IMG/VR virus record: IMGVR_UViG_3300032305_000289
Location: 1-38,251 of that record
Length of the DNA: 38,251 nucleotides
Reading direction: 5' to 3' (one strand)
Origin: a virus
Lineage: Duplodnaviria; Caudoviricetes
The notes beneath the pieces were generated by a model that was not told the origin of the DNA, ran no database searches, and saw nothing but the letters and a program-made list of their open reading frames with translations. Shown one piece after another: positions 33,803 to 38,251 of this stretch; position 1 is the first letter of the stretch; each line of letters opens with the position of its first letter. Made by a program: the position numbers and the translations under genes.

Positions 33803-34831
33803 ATGGTAACTACAGGCTCAGTCAGCGCGCAATTCCAAACATACTTTTCAAAAGCATTGTTAGAACGCGCAATCCCACTGCTCCAGATGGAGCAGTTCGC
33901 AATGAAATCCCCCTACCCGACCAAAACGGGTGGCAACAAAACGATTCGGTTCTTCCGCTTCGGCGATCCCAGCATCACTGCGATCTCCAATCTGTCGGAA
34001 GGAACGACTCCTGCCTCTGGTGACGAGCGTGATCTCACGTTGTCCTCGGTGGAAGCCACGCTTGTTCAGTACGGCAGCAAGATCATCCTCACGGATATTT
34101 TGCTCGCAACCGAACTGTTCTCGCACTTGGCACAAGCCACGAAACAATTGGGCGAAGATGCCGCACTCCACGCTGACACACTCTGTCATCGTGCGTTGGT
34201 GCAGGATTCCTCGACCAGCACTGGTACTGGTGTAGCAGTCAAATCGTACAATCGTTATGCTCAGAACAGCACTAACGGCACGACTTGGGCTACTGGTTCA
34301 GTTGCTAACAGCGCAATGACCGCCACCGACTTGCTCGATGGTGCGACTTCGTTGTTCATCGCTCGCGCACCTAAGATCAAAGACGGCTACGCTCTTGTAG
34401 CGCATCCCGCCGTTCTTCGTGATTTGATGCAGGACGATGATTGGTTGAAGGTGTCCAGCTATCAGAATGCCGATGCCATCTACAAAGGTGAAATCGGAAA
34501 ACTGTTTGGTGTGGCCTGCGTTTCGTCAACAAACGTGCAGACCTTTAATACCTCTGCCTCTGGTATCGCTGAATCCAGCGTGGGAACAACTGGTGTCAAC
34601 ACTGGTTATGCCAACGTCCTCCTCGGTGGTGGTGCGTTTGGTGTTCCTAATATGTCTGCCCTTGCAGCTTCTGGCTCGCCCTTCTCCCCGAAGGTGTCGA
34701 TCCTTGATGCGGCTGACAAAAGCGATCCCTATAACCAAAAAATTATTGCGTCCTTTAAGACGTTCTATGCGGCCAAGCAACTCGATCCTCGGTTCTTCCG
34801 AGTCATCGTTGCGAAGTCGAACTATAGCTGA
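33803..34831 (+). CDS. Major capsid protein (N4-gp56-like, HK97 fold)
   Basis: GNKTIRFFRF, LSEGTTP, QYG, VAHP...DL..D..W, GEIG...GV, SDPYNQ. Confidence 0.92.
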   Translation: MVTTGSVSAQFQTYFSKALLERAIPLLQMEQFAMKSPYPTKTGGNKTIRFFRFGDPSITAISNLSEGTTPASGDERDLTLSSVEATLVQYGSKIILTDILLATELFSHLAQATKQLGEDAALHADTLCHRALVQDSSTSTGTGVAVKSYNRYAQNSTNGTTWATGSVANSAMTATDLLDGATSLFIARAPKIKDGYALVAHPAVLRDLMQDDDWLKVSSYQNADAIYKGEIGKLFGVACVSSTNVQTFNTSASGIAESSVGTTGVNTGYANVLLGGGAFGVPNMSALAASGSPFSPKVSILDAADKSDPYNQKIIASFKTFYAAKQLDPRFFRVIVAKSNYS

Positions 34832-34838
34832 TAATTAA

Positions 34839-35204
34839 ATGGGAACCCTAGTAATTGCTATGGGTCCTCGGAAAGCTGGGGAGGGTAAAACCTCCCCAGC
34901 CTCTTCCTCACTTGAGAAACCAATGAATAAAATGACAAAATCTGGAGTGGTAATGCTTCCTATCTCTAAGTTTGAGATGAACGAAGGTGATGAGAACGTA
35001 TCCCCCGAGGTTGGCGATTCTGTTGAGCTTACTGGAATTGTTAGCATGATTAAGAATGGTGTTGCCCACATTGAAGTGGAGAACGCTGTTACTGATGGTG
35101 CGCCTGAAGATATGTCGCAAGACATGGCTGAAGGTGAAGACAGCTCCGAGGAAGACAAGATGATGAAGATGGCCGAGGAATCTGATAAGGAAAACTATAG
35201 CTAA
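34839..35204 (+). CDS. Acidic hypothetical protein
   Basis: 121 aa after MCP. Confidence 0.6.
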   Translation: MGTLVIAMGPRKAGEGKTSPASSSLEKPMNKMTKSGVVMLPISKFEMNEGDENVSPEVGDSVELTGIVSMIKNGVAHIEVENAVTDGAPEDMSQDMAEGEDSSEEDKMMKMAEESDKENYS

Positions 35205-35488
35205 TGCCTGTTTACGAGTACGAGGACACCAGAAATGGAAAAGTTGTCGAACTCGAAAAGACAGTAGCCGAAAGGGATAAAGTCCCTCGTTACCTTAAAA
35301 GATTCACAGTCCCTCGAAAATTAACCCTAGTGGGTGTTGGCGAACCCCTCGACAACCCGCTGGGAGTTAATGAAACAAATTTGATGAAGGGGTACTACCG
35401 CCAGGAACAAAAGCTTGGTAGTAGGTTCAAAAGTAAGTACACGCCAGATAGTATCAAACGTGCAACTTTAAGGAGAAAAAAAATATGA
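35204..35488 (+). CDS. FmdB-like protein lacking Zn-binding cysteines
   Basis: MPVYEYE N-terminus typical of FmdB zinc ribbons, but no CxxC. Confidence 0.55.
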   Translation: MPVYEYEDTRNGKVVELEKTVAERDKVPRYLKRFTVPRKLTLVGVGEPLDNPLGVNETNLMKGYYRQEQKLGSRFKSKYTPDSIKRATLRRKKI

Positions 35489-35679
35489 GTAATGAGTTTA
35501 TTCGCAGTCCATTAAAGGCGAAGAATAGGGCAGTTCGCATTGACGCTCAAAACTTCACAAACGTCATTGAGTTTACGGCAAGTTCCAGCGGTGGCACAGT
35601 TAACACTGTTGCTACTTCCCCTGCGTCCTTGAATGTAACTCTTAACGGCACGTCCTATCGGATTGCCCTTCACACCTAA
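35485..35679 (+). CDS. Small virion protein
   Basis: AGGAG RBS; C-terminal LNVTLNGTSYRIAL beta-hairpin motif. Confidence 0.6.
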   Translation: MSNEFIRSPLKAKNRAVRIDAQNFTNVIEFTASSSGGTVNTVATSPASLNVTLNGTSYRIALHT

Positions 35680-35918
35680 TGTCTCGCGCATTAGATAAGT
35701 TCCAAGGTCAGTACGGATTTTCCGTAGGAAGCACTGGAACGGCAACTCCTGGCTATTGGGCGATCCAAATGCTTTCAGATACCACATTCAGCGCAATCGC
35801 TGGTAAATATGATGGCACTCTGACAGGCGTGACGATTGGCTCAGGCAACATCATCTATGGCGAGTTCGACAGCTACACGGCTGGAACTGGCAAGGTGATC
35901 GGCTACATAGCTGGTTAA
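35679..35918 (+). CDS. Small virion protein
   Basis: TAATG coupling; beta-rich, G..IYGEF.....G.VIGY. Confidence 0.6.
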   Translation: MSRALDKFQGQYGFSVGSTGTATPGYWAIQMLSDTTFSAIAGKYDGTLTGVTIGSGNIIYGEFDSYTAGTGKVIGYIAG

Positions 35919-35980
35919 TTGTGTTCGCAGTCATTCAGCCCAAGGTTCAATCCCCTGGCGGATGATTGCATTTTAATTAT

Positions 35981-36385
35981 ATGCCAAGACTATCCTTAGG
36001 ATTAGGAGTACAGACAATCCGCAAGGTTGGTGGTGGCGGAGCCGCACCTCTTGGCCTTCCAGCATCATTCACAATGACATTGACTCCAAGCAATACTGAA
36101 GATCTTGCTGGAGGATGGATTAAAGAAACTGGAAATTATGCTTACGCTTGGCCTTTTAATTTTTATTACAAAACAAATGATTCAAGACTTTCTGAGGGGG
36201 GCTCAGCCTATGGAATGTATGGGTATATAAATAATAATTGGGAATTTAGAGGGTGGGATGATGAAAATCAAGAATTAGCCAGTAATACATACCCATTATC
36301 TCAAGCCCCAACAAATCAAACATCTGTTCCAAGAACACAAACTCTTTTTCATGGAGCTGGCGACAGTACGATGACAAACTCGTAA
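35981..36385 (+). CDS. Virion accessory protein with variable C-terminal domain
   Basis: Start ATG 35981, MPRLSLGLGVQTIRKVGGGGAAP followed by an AT-rich aromatic domain. Confidence 0.65.
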   Translation: MPRLSLGLGVQTIRKVGGGGAAPLGLPASFTMTLTPSNTEDLAGGWIKETGNYAYAWPFNFYYKTNDSRLSEGGSAYGMYGYINNNWEFRGWDDENQELASNTYPLSQAPTNQTSVPRTQTLFHGAGDSTMTNS

Positions 36386-36408
36386 TGCATTTTCACCATC
36401 ACCGCCGC

Positions 36409-36437
36409 TTGATGAACACCCCCTAGCGTGATAAACT
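36409..36437 (+). promoter_or_regulatory. Sigma70-type promoter
   Basis: TTGATG-17-TAAACT with TG extension; AAGGA RBS before ATG 36453. Confidence 0.55.
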
Positions 36438-36452
36438 AAAAAGGACAAATAT

Positions 36453-36866
36453 ATGGGCAGGCAATTAAATCAAATCCTCTCCGACTTGAGTAACATCACA
36501 AGTGGTACTTCGGTCATCAATGTTAATTTAACTGACATCGAAGCGTTACTAACCACGCTCCAGGCGGATGTTGCGGATGGCATTCGATTGCCCAACGCGA
36601 CAACTGGTGGAACAGGTCCGACTACATTTACCAGCACTAGCTACGGCACGATTGCTACAGCAAGTACAGGCAGGCTGGGATGCCAGATATTTTCAGAAGG
36701 CCCAGGTACGCTCCATGTAACTTTGGGCACATCCACCACATCTACCAGCCTGTACACAGCTCGCCTTTCTAGTGGTGACTACTTTGAAGCACCATCCAAC
36801 TACACTGGCCTAATAGGTGGCATCTTCGCCACCGCTGGCACGGCTAGGGTGACGGAAGTTAGCTAG
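36453..36866 (+). CDS. Virion structural protein
   Basis: N-terminal coiled segment plus Thr/Gly-rich beta domain. Confidence 0.65.
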   Translation: MGRQLNQILSDLSNITSGTSVINVNLTDIEALLTTLQADVADGIRLPNATTGGTGPTTFTSTSYGTIATASTGRLGCQIFSEGPGTLHVTLGTSTTSTSLYTARLSSGDYFEAPSNYTGLIGGIFATAGTARVTEVS

Positions 36867-36875
36867 GAGTAGGCG

Positions 36876-37616
36876 ATGGCTTTATTTAGACCGCAACAAA
36901 ATCCAGTCTCGTTTTTAAGGAATATCAGAAGATTTAGTATTGCCAACAATGCTAATTCTTCTGGTGGGGCAGGCTCATCAGGGATTGGAGGTTGTGCGGT
37001 TAATTGCGGTACTACTGCTATTGCTTATGGTAAAACTGCATTTAGTTCAGCATTTAGCGCACTCACTCAAAGAAGCGGATCTGGCGTTGATTTAGTTTCT
37101 GGCGTTGGAGTTTGTGCCGTTGGATTGATTTCAATAGGCGTATCGGTAAGTGGCCAAGCCTTTCGAGTTATTGTGGGAGATGACAGCGCATCTGTTGTTC
37201 CAGCGGTTTCAACAAGCAACGCAATCTCAACAAGAGGATTTGGCTTTGAGGTTTTCAACAATGCGGGAACTAGAACAGTTCGCCTATTTGCACACGATGG
37301 CACAACCTACTCTACTTCATCTGGATTAACTTCATTTAATTTTAGCTCGTTAAATAGATTCTATGGATTCTGGGTAAAGAATGATTCGCTCGGGAATGTT
37401 TACCTCTACATGTCACAAACAACCGCAGATGATACAGGCCCCTTGCCAGTATTTACAGACTCTCCAGTTTTAACAATGACTGGCGGGCCAACTGCCAACA
37501 CAAGTGCAAAAAGGTATGTCACCTTTCAGGCCATAACTGATGGAGTTAATAATCCAGCAAGCGCAAATGCAGTATTATGCCAATTTGAAGAAGTTCAATT
37601 TACGCAAGGCATCTAA
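36876..37616 (+). CDS. Putative fibre/spike or lectin-like virion protein
   Basis: AGGAG RBS; 246 aa Ser/Gly/Thr-rich, beta-sandwich-like composition. Confidence 0.55.
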   Translation: MALFRPQQNPVSFLRNIRRFSIANNANSSGGAGSSGIGGCAVNCGTTAIAYGKTAFSSAFSALTQRSGSGVDLVSGVGVCAVGLISIGVSVSGQAFRVIVGDDSASVVPAVSTSNAISTRGFGFEVFNNAGTRTVRLFAHDGTTYSTSSGLTSFNFSSLNRFYGFWVKNDSLGNVYLYMSQTTADDTGPLPVFTDSPVLTMTGGPTANTSAKRYVTFQAITDGVNNPASANAVLCQFEEVQFTQGI

Positions 37617-37617
37617 A

Positions 37618-37767
37618 ATGCCCCTCCTCCTCCTCGCCCTCTGCTTGTGCTCCTGCTCGCCTAAGAACACACCTAGCTCTGGCCTGCCAGACTACAGCGA
37701 CATGGGTGCAGCCTCCGATGCAGGCAAGACCCCCAGCCCAACCTTGAATAAGAAAACCTCTTATTAA
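37618..37767 (+). CDS. Small lipoprotein
   Basis: Start ATG 37618: MPLLLLALCLCS-C lipobox-like; 49 aa. Confidence 0.6.
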   Translation: MPLLLLALCLCSCSPKNTPSSGLPDYSDMGAASDAGKTPSPTLNKKTSY

Positions 37768-37769
37768 AC

Positions 37770-38048
37770 ATGAAAACCATAGGCATCTGGCTGATCAATT
37801 TGAGTTTGCGTTTAGTGATGACGCGATCCGAGTACACTTGCTTCCAGGAGGCGTTAAAGTTTGCGGTAGAGAACAACAACATGGTCAAGGAGACAAAGTA
37901 TGTAGGCAAGGTGAAGCACCTCCTATCGGTCAACCGCTCAATCAAACGGATTGTGGACGATGGCAGGGATCGGGACGAGGTGACGGATGCGGTTGTCCAT
38001 CTTGCAGTTGCACTAAGATACTTGGAGGGTAGGGGTCGTGAGTCTTGA
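37770..38048 (+). CDS. Hypothetical protein
   Basis: 92-aa ORF in operon orientation. Confidence 0.6.
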   Translation: MKTIGIWLINLSLRLVMTRSEYTCFQEALKFAVENNNMVKETKYVGKVKHLLSVNRSIKRIVDDGRDRDEVTDAVVHLAVALRYLEGRGRES

Positions 38049-38251
38049 CGAGGTTGCCGACCTGCGGGAGAAGGTGCAGAGCGTAGCAATTGCGCTAGTC
38101 CGAATGGAAGAACGCCAGATGACCTTGTACTCAATGATTGAACGCTCACTTGCTTTTCATGGGGATGTTGCTAATAGATTAGGTGCGCTTGAGACCTTAA
38201 AGACGAAGGTTTTGGCTGTAGCTGGAGTCGTTGGGCTGGCCTGCTCAATGG
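38038..38251 (+). CDS. Junction-spanning coiled-coil + C-terminal TM protein (XhlA/holin-like architecture), continues to 155
   Basis: GTG 38038; MSLDEVADLREKVQSVAIALVRMEERQ...VLAVAGVVGLACSMGWDILKNRFN, 81 aa in the circular genome. Confidence 0.7.
   Translation, partial: MSLDEVADLREKVQSVAIALVRMEERQMTLYSMIERSLAFHGDVANRLGALETLKTKVLAVAGVVGLACSM
38129..38251. repeat. Terminal direct repeat, right copy
   Basis: Identical to 1-123. Confidence 0.95.

Noticed and set aside
35927-35969. tRNA gene or attP
   Set aside because: No full cloverleaf or anticodon arm, and no integrase recognised.
168-38048. Stop-codon reassignment
   Set aside because: TAA, TAG and TGA all end intact, tightly packed genes under code 11.
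38129-38251. Biological direct terminal repeat (T7-like DTR)
   Set aside because: It falls mid-gene in the late region and is most simply an assembler circular overlap.

Overview
This is an apparently complete, circularly permuted ~38.1 kb genome of a tailed, podovirus-like dsDNA phage. Bases 1-123 are repeated exactly at 38129-38251, and one ORF crosses that junction. The + strand late arm runs: terS-terL, holin/spanin-like genes, portal, a SAM methyltransferase, scaffold, N4-gp56-type major capsid, small virion/fibre genes, tail fibre and chaperone, tail adaptor and nozzle, ejection proteins, GH108-like muramidase. A + strand DNA metabolism arm follows: resolvase, SSB, PD-(D/E)XK exonuclease, dNTP diphosphohydrolase-like protein, two glycosyltransferases, 2OG-Fe(II) oxygenase, C5 methyltransferase, HNH-like nuclease, AEP primase, RepA-like helicase. 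A - strand early operon of small genes diverges from terS. I recognise no DNA polymerase, RNA polymerase, integrase, tRNA or CRISPR array. Most notable: (1) a C5 cytosine methyltransferase whose motifs are split over two fully overlapping reading frames, with repeated WPTP modules and poly-G tracts; (2) a T7 Ocr-like DNA-mimic gene in an early operon with repeated leaders and co-varying intergenic hairpins; (3) a structured ~87-nt element upstream of primase with a segment antisense to those early-gene leaders; (4) a recurring -10/6-nt/start-codon (leaderless) promoter layout. All family assignments come from motifs recognised by eye, not from database searches.
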